A DNA stretch of 64,000 nt from an uncultured virus (IMG/VR IMGVR_UViG_3300037400_001705) (Duplodnaviria > Heunggongvirae > Uroviricota > Caudoviricetes): IMG/VR virus record IMGVR_UViG_3300037400_001705; one strand, given 5' to 3'. The notes beneath the pieces are model-generated. The model was not told where the DNA came from. It ran no database searches and worked only from the letters and a program-made list of their open reading frames with translations. This document shows positions 9,841-19,600 of this stretch, one piece after another. Position numbers and translations under genes: made by a program. Numbering within the stretch: position 1 is the stretch's first letter; every line of letters starts with the position of its first letter.

Positions 9841-10251
9841 TCATACGCTATTGGTATTCGTGCGTTGGCTGTGCTCCTGACGCTGAGCCGACTGCGAGTT
9901 TTTCCACTTCATTACACCTTCCTCTATTCTCGCCATTCGCATTGCAATAGGAAGTTTGAACTCGTCACGCATCACCCCTTGTAGACAACAAATTTCGAGT
10001 GCCGCCTGCAAGTGTCCGTACCAGCCTATCATCTGTCTTATGTGTTCCTGTCGGACTTCTGGACAGAAATAGGCTATATGGTACTCGCGGATGATGGCGT
10101 ATGCAGCACGGCGCATCTCGGCACCAGCACCGTCCATGCGTTCTATCTTGGGCATGTGCTGGATGGCAGGGTGCAGGTGTCTCAAAAGCTCCTTCACTTC
10201 TGCGGGTATGCTGATGAATGCGTCGCGGTTCGCCTTATTGCCTCGTGCCAT
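9841..10251 (-). CDS. avd: DGR accessory variability determinant (Avd-like)
   Basis: 136-aa helical protein between target gene and TR; MPKIER..G...RR and C-terminal KWK pattern. Confidence 0.8.
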   Translation of the reverse strand: MARGNKANRDAFISIPAEVKELLRHLHPAIQHMPKIERMDGAGAEMRRAAYAIIREYHIAYFCPEVRQEHIRQMIGWYGHLQAALEICCLQGVMRDEFKLPIAMRMARIEEGVMKWKNSQSAQRQEHSQRTNTNSV

Positions 10252-10366
10252 GTTCTGTTGGTGTTTGGTTTTCTTTCATTTTGTCACAACATGCCTCATA
10301 AGCATCTTCAAGGTATTGGCCGTAATCTTCGTATTGTTTTGACATAAGAGATTCATTTGGGTAAAA

Positions 10367-10390
10367 GGCGGTGTGACGGAGCACACCGCC
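10367..10390 (-). promoter_or_regulatory. GC-rich hairpin downstream of VR (DGR homing hairpin and/or terminator)
   Basis: GGCGGTGTG-ACGGAG-CACACCGCC, perfect 9-bp stem 10 nt after the target stop. Confidence 0.8.
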
Positions 10391-10400
10391 AATATTAATA

Positions 10401-11735
10401 TTAATCTAAGTCGACAAGCGTGACCGCCTGAGACCGAAACTTGTAGTGCACGTAGTTGTAGCCGAGGTAGCCGCTGGTGCCGCTGAAAAACCAACTGCCG
10501 TTGGCGTTGTACCTCTGAGCAAACCACCGGGTGACGCTGTTGGTAACTACCTTGCCGCCCATCTTGCGTAACGTTTGGTTATACTTGCGCTTCATGTCGG
10601 TAGAGGAAAGGCCGCTTGTCCAGTCGCCGTCAGCCATAAGCGTAAGACCCTCGCTGACGTCCAGCAGGTGCCACGTACCTTGCCGCAGGCCGTCGGCATC
10701 ATAGCCTACGTTCCACGCGGCGTTGAGGGCCTGGAATATAGCTTTCGTGCCACCATTGCGAAGTGGTGCCAGCAGCTTGCCATACTTCTCGGTCATAGTC
10801 TGAGCATTGGGCAAGGCGAAAACATTCCTTCTCGGTTGCCAGTCGGCCAGCAACTTGAAGTCGCGCAAATAGCTGGTGTAGGTGCCGCCCGCCTGCTTGT
10901 AGGCTATTACGTCGGCATTGGTAGAGTTTGTAAAAGCGTTGAGGGTCATAATGGCAGCGGTCAGCCCCAGCGTCACGTCATCCGTACCGCTGGCTCCATA
11001 ATATATCTCTCCGCGTGTCAGGTTTAGAATGCCGCCGCTACCGCCATCCTTGCGCACGCCGTTGGTACTGTTAGAGGTAGAGTCGCGATAGGTTACGTTG
11101 GCCACCGTCATTCCTGTACCGCTGACGTTACGTTGGTTGTAGTGGTTATCGGTATCGCACTGCACGATGATGCATGCCGCCTGACTTTCGTCGGTGGTGA
11201 TGTTGTAGTCGCTGTCTGCCAGATACGCCCACCATGCTTGTGCGCTACCTACCTCAGTTGCCTTGGCCTGTATCTGCTGATTAATGGCGGCTGCATTGGT
11301 AGCGTTGATGTCGGTAGATTCCAATGAGAGTTCCACAACTGTATTGTTGCCATAAGTATTTGCCGACGTCATGCGCAGGCTGATGGTTGGCGTAGTACTG
11401 CTCAGAGCTGTGATGGCAAACTGCCACAGACCGACGTACTGCTGATCACTGCCAGCATTGTTTACTACTCTCACCTTGCGGCCCGTGCGCTCTATGACGG
11501 CTCCTACTGGAGTCCACGACGCTGGCAGCAGCTCGGTGTTCAGCTCGTTACCACCCTTTAGGAATACCTTGTTTCCGTCTGCATCAAGGTACAGCGCGTC
11601 GCCGTCCTCCGGCTCTCGCGTCACCACATTGATGCCGTCATACTTACACTCTACGCCTGCCAGCGATACCATACTCTCGGTGGTAGGCTTCTGAGCAGCG
11701 TTATATTCTGCTACGGTCGAAAATTTCTTAATCAT
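10401..11735 (-). CDS. DGR target protein, probable receptor-binding protein
   Basis: VR encodes the C-terminal ~40 aa (RWFAQRYNANGSWFFSGTSGYLGYNYVHYKFRSQAV); follows tail-fibre genes. Confidence 0.9.
   Translation of the reverse strand: MIKKFSTVAEYNAAQKPTTESMVSLAGVECKYDGINVVTREPEDGDALYLDADGNKVFLKGGNELNTELLPASWTPVGAVIERTGRKVRVVNNAGSDQQYVGLWQFAITALSSTTPTISLRMTSANTYGNNTVVELSLESTDINATNAAAINQQIQAKATEVGSAQAWWAYLADSDYNITTDESQAACIIVQCDTDNHYNQRNVSGTGMTVANVTYRDSTSNSTNGVRKDGGSGGILNLTRGEIYYGASGTDDVTLGLTAAIMTLNAFTNSTNADVIAYKQAGGTYTSYLRDFKLLADWQPRRNVFALPNAQTMTEKYGKLLAPLRNGGTKAIFQALNAAWNVGYDADGLRQGTWHLLDVSEGLTLMADGDWTSGLSSTDMKRKYNQTLRKMGGKVVTNSVTRWFAQRYNANGSWFFSGTSGYLGYNYVHYKFRSQAVTLVDLD
10419..10536 (-). 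repeat. DGR variable repeat (VR)
   Basis: Differs from TR only at adenine positions. Confidence 0.96.
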
Positions 11736-11775
11736 GATTCTTAATCTTTAATGTTTCATCTTTAATCTTTCATCT

Positions 11776-14700
11776 CTATACCAGTACCCAGTCGCTTACG
11801 CTTCCAGTGGTGTCCTTCGATATATAGAGATTGCCGTTGGTCGTGTCGAGTCGTGCCAATCCAACTGCCTTGGGGTAGTCGGTTGGCGCACCGTCGATGA
11901 CGTCAAACACCTTCTCACCGTTCTTTTTGTACTCGGCTGCGTTAAGAATGCCCATGTTGTCAGCCACCTGTCGGCGCAATCCGTCAAAGTCGCGCTTCAG
12001 TTCCAGGAATAGTTGGGAAATGACCGTCATCTGTACCTGAAGCTCGTATTGTGCAATAGCCGCTAGCGTGTCAGCATAGTTGCGGGTGTACTCCGTCGTG
12101 ACGATGGCGCTTCCCGTAGCCTCTGTCCACATCTCCAGACCCCAATCTTCCAGCACGTAGACGCTGTTACCAGCGCCGTAGATATTCATGACACTGCTGC
12201 TGGTGCCGCTGGCTAATTCGTAATTGACCGTCATCGCTGCACCGTCTTCGTTGCTATCCTGATAGCTGACCGTCGTACCGTCAACCATGAGTGCCACGCC
12301 AGACAAGGCGCGAACAAGACCGCCCGACTTCATGCCAGTGATGGTCTTGGCATGGGTATAGGTGGTGCCGCCCTCGGTGGTCTCGCTCGTGGTAGTCCAG
12401 TCGGTGGCAGCAATAGAAATCTGACCAACGCGCTGAGCCTTGGTTGCTGTCGTACCACTCACAACAATGCTGTCATACACGCTGGTGTCAATGTAGCGCA
12501 ACGGCATGAGTGACGAGAGGTTAATGGTAGAGCCTGCATCTGCCGCACTGTTGTAGGCCACAAACTCATCGTAGCGCTTCGACCATGCAATGTGGGCGCA
12601 CACTTCACCTATTGTCAGCGAACCCAAGTCGATGACCATGTAGCCAACGCCAGGCGTGGTGTAGAAGCGATAGCCGTTGCTGCCTACGTAGTCGGCTGCA
12701 CTGCCATAAGAATTGGCGGTGGGCACGCCGTCGGCCAATGCCTTGAAATAGACGGTTGGTGTCAGCTTCGTGTTGTCGCTCTTGGTAAACAGCACGCCGT
12801 TGTTTTCCTTTGCCGTTCCGTAGTTGCCAAATGTCAGCTTGGGAACAAGGAAGTAGTACTTCGTGGTAGAGCCAATCTGCACGGCATTGTGCAACAGGTT
12901 GAAGCCCGTAGTCTTCAGGGCTGCAGCCGTGAAATCGCCACCGTTGGGATAGATAGAAACTATCTTGCCACCGTTCTCGGTGTTCACGCTGACATCTCCT
13001 GCCGTGGTGCGCACAATGTCAGTCCAAGTATCGTCAACGGGCAAACCCTCGCGGTTGGCCCACGATGTGATATTGTCGGCCAACGGTGCAGGTGTGGTTT
13101 GCAGATGCTTGATGTTTTCGGTATTCTCTTCGGTCTGAGCTATCAGACCATACACGGCATCGGGCACGTTCAGCGCATAGCGGATGACGTACATCACGTT
13201 TCCATGGGCGTTGGTGATGACGTTGATACCCCAGTCTGAAAGTCCGGTGATATTGGTAATTAGGCCGATAGGTGTGTACGTCGGTGCTGCCAGCTGATAC
13301 CATACGCCATAACCACTGGCAACCGTGCTCTGCTGGTCCATGAACGACACATTGTTACCCTCAACGGTCAGACTGATACGTGCCGTACCACCGTTCAGCA
13401 AGATTTGAGCGATACCGTTGTAGCTGATGTCGTTAATCGTTGCCTCGTGCTTGTAGTTGCCGGTGGATACGTTGTTAATCTTCTCGGCAGTGTTCGTCCA
13501 TGTGAGGTCGGTAGCAAAGCCAACGTTAGTCACCTTGACGTCACCTGTCGGCAGGTATGTCCAGTAGTCAAATACGATGTCGTTCTTCTTCCAGACGGCA
13601 CGCAGCGTACCCAGCAGCGAAAGGTTAATGTTAGTGCCGTCATCCTCTTCATCTGTGGGCGACACGTACTTGTCATAGTCGGTAGACCAGCCGAGGTGTG
13701 CGCAGGTGTTGGCCCAATCAATGCCGCTAACAATTAGATAGCCTGGCTCCGTTGTGCCTATATAGAAACTATAGCCGTTGGACTCGTATGGGGTCAGCTG
13801 TACGCCATCCGTAATGCTGGTCGGTGCGCCGTCGCTGTACGACTTCCAGTAGACCGTCGGAGTGATGCACTCACCTTCGCTGTTAATGAAGAGCACGCCG
13901 TTGTTCTCCAAGGCTGCACCGTAGGCTCCCCATACTAATGCAGGAACAGGGAAATAGTAGCCCGCGCCCACTGCCACGGCAGAACCGTTGTTGCTCTGGA
14001 GTCGCAGCAGGTTGAAGCCCGACATGATGAGCGCATCAGCCGAAAAGTCGGCACCCGTACAGGCAATGTAGGGAAGAATAGCATCCTTCGATGCGTCGAT
14101 ACTCAGCGTACCGCCGGTGGTGTCCACCAATGAAGCGTGGTTTTCAGCCACAGCCTGCACCGAACGTTCCTCCCAGCTCGTCAGGTTGTCAGCCAGCTTG
14201 GGAATTACTGTACCGTTCTCCAAGTTGACTTGCAGGGCACTGGCAGCTTCAGCGGCATCGTTGGCAGCGGCAGTAGCTTCCGAACTTGACTGGTGGTCTT
14301 CGTTGGCCCGTGTATGGTCATTACCAGCTTGCGTATGGTCAGCGCCAGCTTGCGCATGGTCAGCGGCAGCGTTCTGGTGGTCTGTACCGTACTGCGTGTG
14401 GTCGTTCTGGGCCGTGGTGTGGTCGGCGTCAGCGGTTGTATGGTCAGCCGACGCAGTTTGGTGGTCAGAACCAGCCTGCACATGGTCGTTTTCAGCCCGT
14501 GTGTGGTCTGACGATGCCGTACCATGGTCAGTCAAGGCCTGCGTGTGGTCGCTTTCAGCACGGGCGTGGTCGCTCTCGATGGTGGGTTTGTAGTTATTGA
14601 ACCAGTCAGCCCAAGCGGTAGTAGCAGCCTGGTCGAGGTCGCAGAGGAACGTAAACGGCTCTGCTGACGATGCAGCATTCTCGTTGCGCACATACAGCTT

Positions 14701-15552
14701 GGCGTTGTCGGTGCTCGTGGTGTCCGTGGTGGCAATCATCACAAACTTACCATCAGCCACGTTCTCCGCGTCGGCATTCATAGCAGCAACGGAAGCGTAG
14801 GTCTTGTAGATGTAGAAACCGATGTCAACGCTGGTCTGCACACCGTTCTTGTCGGTAACGGTTACTACCGTACCGTTGACGGTGGCATTCACGTTGCTGG
14901 CCTTGGTTGTAGCCTCGGTACTGGCCCGATGGTCATTACCTGCCTGCGTGTGGTCGGCGCTGTACTGTTGGTGGCGCTGGGTCTCGGAAGCGGCTCGGTT
15001 ATTCTCGGCAATAGAACGTTGTGCCTCAGACTGTTCCCTCAATGTCTCAGCCTGCACACGTCCCTGCTCTGCCTGCTCACGCTCCAGCTCCTTGCCATGG
15101 TCGGTGGTGTACTGGGTGTGGTCATCCACGGCCTGCTGATGGTCTGTGTTAGCCCGTGTGTGGTCGTTGCTTGCCTGTGTGTGGTCATCCACGGCCTGCT
15201 GGTGGTCGTTGCCATACTGCGTGTGGTCGTTGTTGTACTGCTGATGGTCGGCAGCGGACTGACGTTCGCGTGCCTCTTCTGCTGCCACGCGCAAGCGTTC
15301 TGCCTCGTCAACGGCATCGTTCAGGGCATCAATGCGGTCGCTCTCGCTCTTGATGCTGCTGAGGTCGATAATCTTAAACCACCACGTCTCGTCGGTCAGC
15401 GGATGACCCACGTTGCCGCTTTTCAGTGAGCGGTAAACACTAAGCCCCGTGGGGTCTTGTACCACAGCGGCATAACTGTAGGGAGTGTCGGCGTTGTATT
15501 CACCTTTCCATGCCTCGCCTACTTGATACTGAATTTTCATTGTCTCTTCCAT
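11776..15552 (-). CDS. tail fibre-like protein with Asp-His heptad repeats and a duplicated domain
   Basis: 1258 aa; repeats such as NNDHTQYGNDHQQAVDDHTQ; LADNxTSW...ENNGVLF...CAH.xWS occurs twice. Confidence 0.8.
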   Translation of the reverse strand: MEETMKIQYQVGEAWKGEYNADTPYSYAAVVQDPTGLSVYRSLKSGNVGHPLTDETWWFKIIDLSSIKSESDRIDALNDAVDEAERLRVAAEEARERQSAADHQQYNNDHTQYGNDHQQAVDDHTQASNDHTRANTDHQQAVDDHTQYTTDHGKELEREQAEQGRVQAETLREQSEAQRSIAENNRAASETQRHQQYSADHTQAGNDHRASTEATTKASNVNATVNGTVVTVTDKNGVQTSVDIGFYIYKTYASVAAMNADAENVADGKFVMIATTDTTSTDNAKLYVRNENAASSAEPFTFLCDLDQAATTAWADWFNNYKPTIESDHARAESDHTQALTDHGTASSDHTRAENDHVQAGSDHQTASADHTTADADHTTAQNDHTQYGTDHQNAAADHAQAGADHTQAGNDHTRANEDHQSSSEATAAANDAAEAASALQVNLENGTVIPKLADNLTSWEERSVQAVAENHASLVDTTGGTLSIDASKDAILPYIACTGADFSADALIMSGFNLLRLQSNNGSAVAVGAGYYFPVPALVWGAYGAALENNGVLFINSEGECITPTVYWKSYSDGAPTSITDGVQLTPYESNGYSFYIGTTEPGYLIVSGIDWANTCAHLGWSTDYDKYVSPTDEEDDGTNINLSLLGTLRAVWKKNDIVFDYWTYLPTGDVKVTNVGFATDLTWTNTAEKINNVSTGNYKHEATINDISYNGIAQILLNGGTARISLTVEGNNVSFMDQQSTVASGYGVWYQLAAPTYTPIGLITNITGLSDWGINVITNAHGNVMYVIRYALNVPDAVYGLIAQTEENTENIKHLQTTPAPLADNITSWANREGLPVDDTWTDIVRTTAGDVSVNTENGGKIVSIYPNGGDFTAAALKTTGFNLLHNAVQIGSTTKYYFLVPKLTFGNYGTAKENNGVLFTKSDNTKLTPTVYFKALADGVPTANSYGSAADYVGSNGYRFYTTPGVGYMVIDLGSLTIGEVCAHIAWSKRYDEFVAYNSAADAGSTINLSSLMPLRYIDTSVYDSIVVSGTTATKAQRVGQISIAATDWTTTSETTEGGTTYTHAKTITGMKSGGLVRALSGVALMVDGTTVSYQDSNEDGAAMTVNYELASGTSSSVMNIYGAGNSVYVLEDWGLEMWTEATGSAIVTTEYTRNYADTLAAIAQYELQVQMTVISQLFLELKRDFDGLRRQVADNMGILNAAEYKKNGEKVFDVIDGAPTDYPKAVGLARLDTTNGNLYISKDTTGSVSDWVLV

Positions 15553-15564
15553 ATCCTTATAATA

Positions 15565-16266
15565 CTATAATGTTATCGTCATTACGCCATTCTCTTCGTC
15601 CACACTGATGCGTTCCACTTCCTGTTTCAGTCCAGAGACAGTCAACACGCCGTCCTCAGCATTAAAGTTCATCTTGGGAAACAGCATTCCACCACTCGTG
15701 CCGGTATCGCCTTTATCTCCCTTGTCGCCTTTCTCGCCTTTCTCTCCTTGGATTCCCTGAGGGCCTTGCTCACCTTGGTCGCCCTTATCGCCTTTGTCGC
15801 CTTTCAGGGCTGCAAGCTGCTCGGGTGTAAAGTCTGCATAGGTAAAGGCATCACCTTTATCTCCCTTGGCAAAGAAGAAGAGTGCCGCACGGGCTTCCAC
15901 GTCTTTCTCCTTAAACTCATCCCACTCCTGCAATACAGGGTCGTTACTCGTCGTGACCACTACTTGGCAGTCCCACTGAGAGCGATACTGCGATTGGTCG
16001 GGATTGACCACGACGACCTCTACACCATAGCAACCAGTAGGCAGCGTACCTGTGTCGGTTATCCTCAGCAGATTGCCGTCAACAGTTGGCGTATAGCTGT
16101 ACTTCTTGATTCTCCCAACAAGATTCACTGTTACCAGCGCGTTAGCGTCGGGGTAATACGGAACGGCCTCTATCTGCTCCTGCTCCGTCATCACCTCCTG
16201 CTCCAAAGGTATGAGCAACGTCTGTGTGTTGCCATATACCCAATAGACTTTTTTGTTATCTTCCAT
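15565..16266 (-). CDS. collagen-repeat baseplate/fibre protein
   Basis: [22 protein letters not shown]. Confidence 0.8.
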   Translation of the reverse strand: MEDNKKVYWVYGNTQTLLIPLEQEVMTEQEQIEAVPYYPDANALVTVNLVGRIKKYSYTPTVDGNLLRITDTGTLPTGCYGVEVVVVNPDQSQYRSQWDCQVVVTTSNDPVLQEWDEFKEKDVEARAALFFFAKGDKGDAFTYADFTPEQLAALKGDKGDKGDQGEQGPQGIQGEKGEKGDKGDKGDTGTSGGMLFPKMNFNAEDGVLTVSGLKQEVERISVDEENGVMTITL

Positions 16267-16285
16267 AGCTTTCCTTTACATTTAT

Positions 16286-16606
16286 TTATTCAAGGATGTA
16301 TTTCGCCCACGAAAACGGAACGCGGGAGTCCAGATAGCAGACATCTTTCTGATTGCTGTATGCCTCGCGCTCAAAACCGACATTCTTATGGGCTGTATGA
16401 ATGTTGCGGTAGTATGCCCACTTGATAAGCCATTCCGCACCGTACCAATAGTAGTAGACAGGCAGGACAAGAAACACCCACCATCCGCAACCACTCACCG
16501 CCATGATGACGGACACTATCCCGCCCACAAGCATCATTTCAAACTTCTGCATTCTGTGAATCTTCTTGTGGCGCTCGTCGATGTTGTTGTAATATACTTC
16601 TTTCAT
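16286..16606 (-). CDS. small membrane hypothetical protein
   Basis: Start MKEVYY; HKK..H..Q and FEREAY motifs; TM segment. Confidence 0.65.
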   Translation of the reverse strand: MKEVYYNNIDERHKKIHRMQKFEMMLVGGIVSVIMAVSGCGWWVFLVLPVYYYWYGAEWLIKWAYYRNIHTAHKNVGFEREAYSNQKDVCYLDSRVPFSWAKYILE

Positions 16607-16628
16607 AGTCGTAAATATTTTTATCGTG

Positions 16629-19600
16629 TTATTGCATACGGTTGGCGTACCACGTTGAACCGTCGAAGAACAGGAATACCGTGTACCTGCGAGGAATGGT
16701 GAAAGAGGACACAGCATCGTTGTCCCATGTGCTAATCTTGAAGGTATTGCTGTTGGAATTGATGGTAATGTCGCTCGTCCTTGCATTACGGATAATGTGT
16801 ATCTCGCCTGCGTCAGGACTTGACGGCAGGTAGACGGTAGCGCAGTTGTCAAATGCGACAAAATGACTCTGGCTTTTATTGAGTGTCTTACTGGAGCCGC
16901 CATAGCTTGTCGGTGTTATCTTGTAGCTTTTAGCCGATACACTTCCCCAATATCCGTCTAATACGACTCTATTCTCCCCGTTGTCATTATTGGTAAGAAG
17001 TACATATCCATATACGATATTGTTGCTGGACTGATAGCGTGCGCCGAAGGTGGCGGCGTCTGTCCATTGGTTGTTGGCATTCTTATAGCGTGCCGCGATA
17101 CCTCGCCATGTGCCGTAGCTCGGATAGGACTGCCCTATCTCCAGATGCTCTTGTGCGGTGTATATTGCATCGGTCATCGTGGTACCGCTGGCCAGTGTGC
17201 CGCTGAAGTGGCCGTCCACGGCGTGCAGGGTGCCGTAGGTGGGGTCAATCCATATCTTGTCGTTGACCGTGCCGGTGCTGTTGGTGAACGTCACTCGGTC
17301 GGCCTGTAGGTTGATGGTCTTGGTGGGTCCGCTGATGTTGATACCAGTCTCGCCAAGGTCGTCGCGGATGCGCTGGTCTATCTCTTCGGCGGTCTGCACG
17401 GCTTCCGACTCAGAGGTATATTTCTCGTAGGGACAGTAGTCCGTCGGCGCGTTGCCTTTTTCTAACTGCGGCTTGTAGAGGTAACAATCGCTGGCATATA
17501 GGTTGAGCACAAACCATCTGATAACGCCGTCGTTTGGCGTCGTGAATACAAAGCGATACCTGTTCGTACCTGTAATCTTCTGCCACGAGAGTGTACTATA
17601 TACTGTTGCACGACCGTCGTACACAATGTCGCTATTGTGTGTATAGCTGTACTTGGCAGGCATTAGGGCATATACACTATCGCCGTTCGGATTGTTATCA
17701 AAGTAGGCCGAGAAGCAGTAGGTAGTGTTCGGCATCAATCTGACAACGGGCGAGTAGAGGTCGGGCTGGTTTTGGCCGCCCTCGTCTTCTACCTTATAAC
17801 TACTACGTGTGATGACGATAGATGTAGTGTCGCCGCCATACGACTCCCATCCGTCGGCAAAGTTCGGGAAGAAGTTGTTGGAGTCGTTTTGTTTACTCAA
17901 CTTGGCCGAATTAGTGGACGACGAGCGGATATATTCTGCCAGCGTCTTTGACTCCACGACGTTGCCGTTCTCGTCATAGACATAGTACGTCTTGTTGGCT
18001 ATGCTGGTTTCTACGTCGCCCTCGATGGTGGTCTTGAATGAGCCCAGCATGTTAATAGCAATGGTGACGCTAATGGTGACGGTGACGGTGCTGTCGCCCT
18101 CGCTGAGTGTGGCCGAACAGGTGACGACGCCCTTGGTGGCCGAAAACTCCGACGACGTGTAGCTGTTGATGACCAAAATGTTGCGGTCGGTGGAATGACG
18201 ACTGACGGACAGACCGACAAACGACTGGATGCTATCCGCGTTGATAGTCACGGTACCGGCATTGCTGCCGTGCTTGGCCGAGATGGAAATATTCATCGGC
18301 AGTCCAAAGTCGGTGGTGTTGTTGTACGTCGTGCCGCTGGAAGGAGACAACGCCTGATTGAGGATAATTGGGCTGGGATTGACGGTGATAGTCCAACCGT
18401 CAGCGCCGTCCTGTCCGTCTTGGCCATCCTGCCCGTCCTGCCCGTCATCGCCTTGTGGACCGCGCAATCCGTCCTTGACGACGGGGATGGTCTCGCGGTC
18501 GAGCAGGGTACCCGACAAGTTGAACATGGCAATATATAGGTTTGATGCGGTGTTTGCAACAGTGATATTGCCAGACGTCCACGATGTGCCAGCTGAAGAA
18601 GAAGCAGGCATGGCCGACGTACTATAACGTACTGTCACGCCAGCAGCCATTGCCGTAGAGTATTCCGTGGTCGTGCTACCGATGGTCTTGGTGATTTCCA
18701 AACCAACACCTCTATTGGCAGGTGTAAGTGAATCATCAGAATTTCGCGAGAACGGAATGCTCGACATCGAAGGCTTCAGCTGATAGATGATGGCGGGTTC
18801 GCCGTTGGCACCAGGGCGCACACCATTGACCGTGAAGGTCAGGTCGCGGGTGATGGTATTGTCGGTGCTGGCGGTTAGGGTAATGCCGTACTCGTCCTTG
18901 CCGTTGATGACGGCCTGTGTGTCGGAGGCGCCGTCGTAGGTCACGGTCAGCACCTTGGTCGCGCTGTTCCACGTCACGGTGACACCGCTGGTCTTGGTGC
19001 CGAGCGTGACGGTAGTGCCGTTGCGCTTGACGGCTGGCGTGGCAAGGGCCAGCTCCGTCGTGCCGTGCCACAGCGAGAGCACCGTGCTCACGTTCTGGTC
19101 GCTGCCGCTAATCTGTACGGGTTTGCCGTCCACGTCGCAGACAACGGAGTCCATTTCGTTGTCGAGGTCGGCAAAGTATGGCGACGTGCCGTTGGGACCC
19201 TGGTCGCCGCTGATGCGCGCCGGTGTGCTCCACGAGACGCTCTTCAGCGAATACGTGCCGTCGGCAGCGGTCAGGACGACGTTCTGCGACATCCATATAT
19301 CGTAGCCGTCGGTGCGGTTGGGTGCCGACTTGCTCCAGCCGTTGAGGTTCTTGCCTGCCATGTAGTTTGCGGCGGTCACTTGCGGGGCATAGACGGTGGT
19401 GCCGTGTGCCTCCTGCTTAAACAGCATGGCGGGCGTCTCGCCCGGGTTGCCCGGGTCGCCTTTCTCACCCTTGACTTCCTTCCACCATGCAGCGGTAGTG
19501 CCTGGGGCCTCGGTGGTGTATTTTGAACCGTTCATGGTGCCAACGGTTTCGCCAGTAGCATTGCTGGGGATGACACAAAGCCAGCGGCTGTCGTCGTAGT

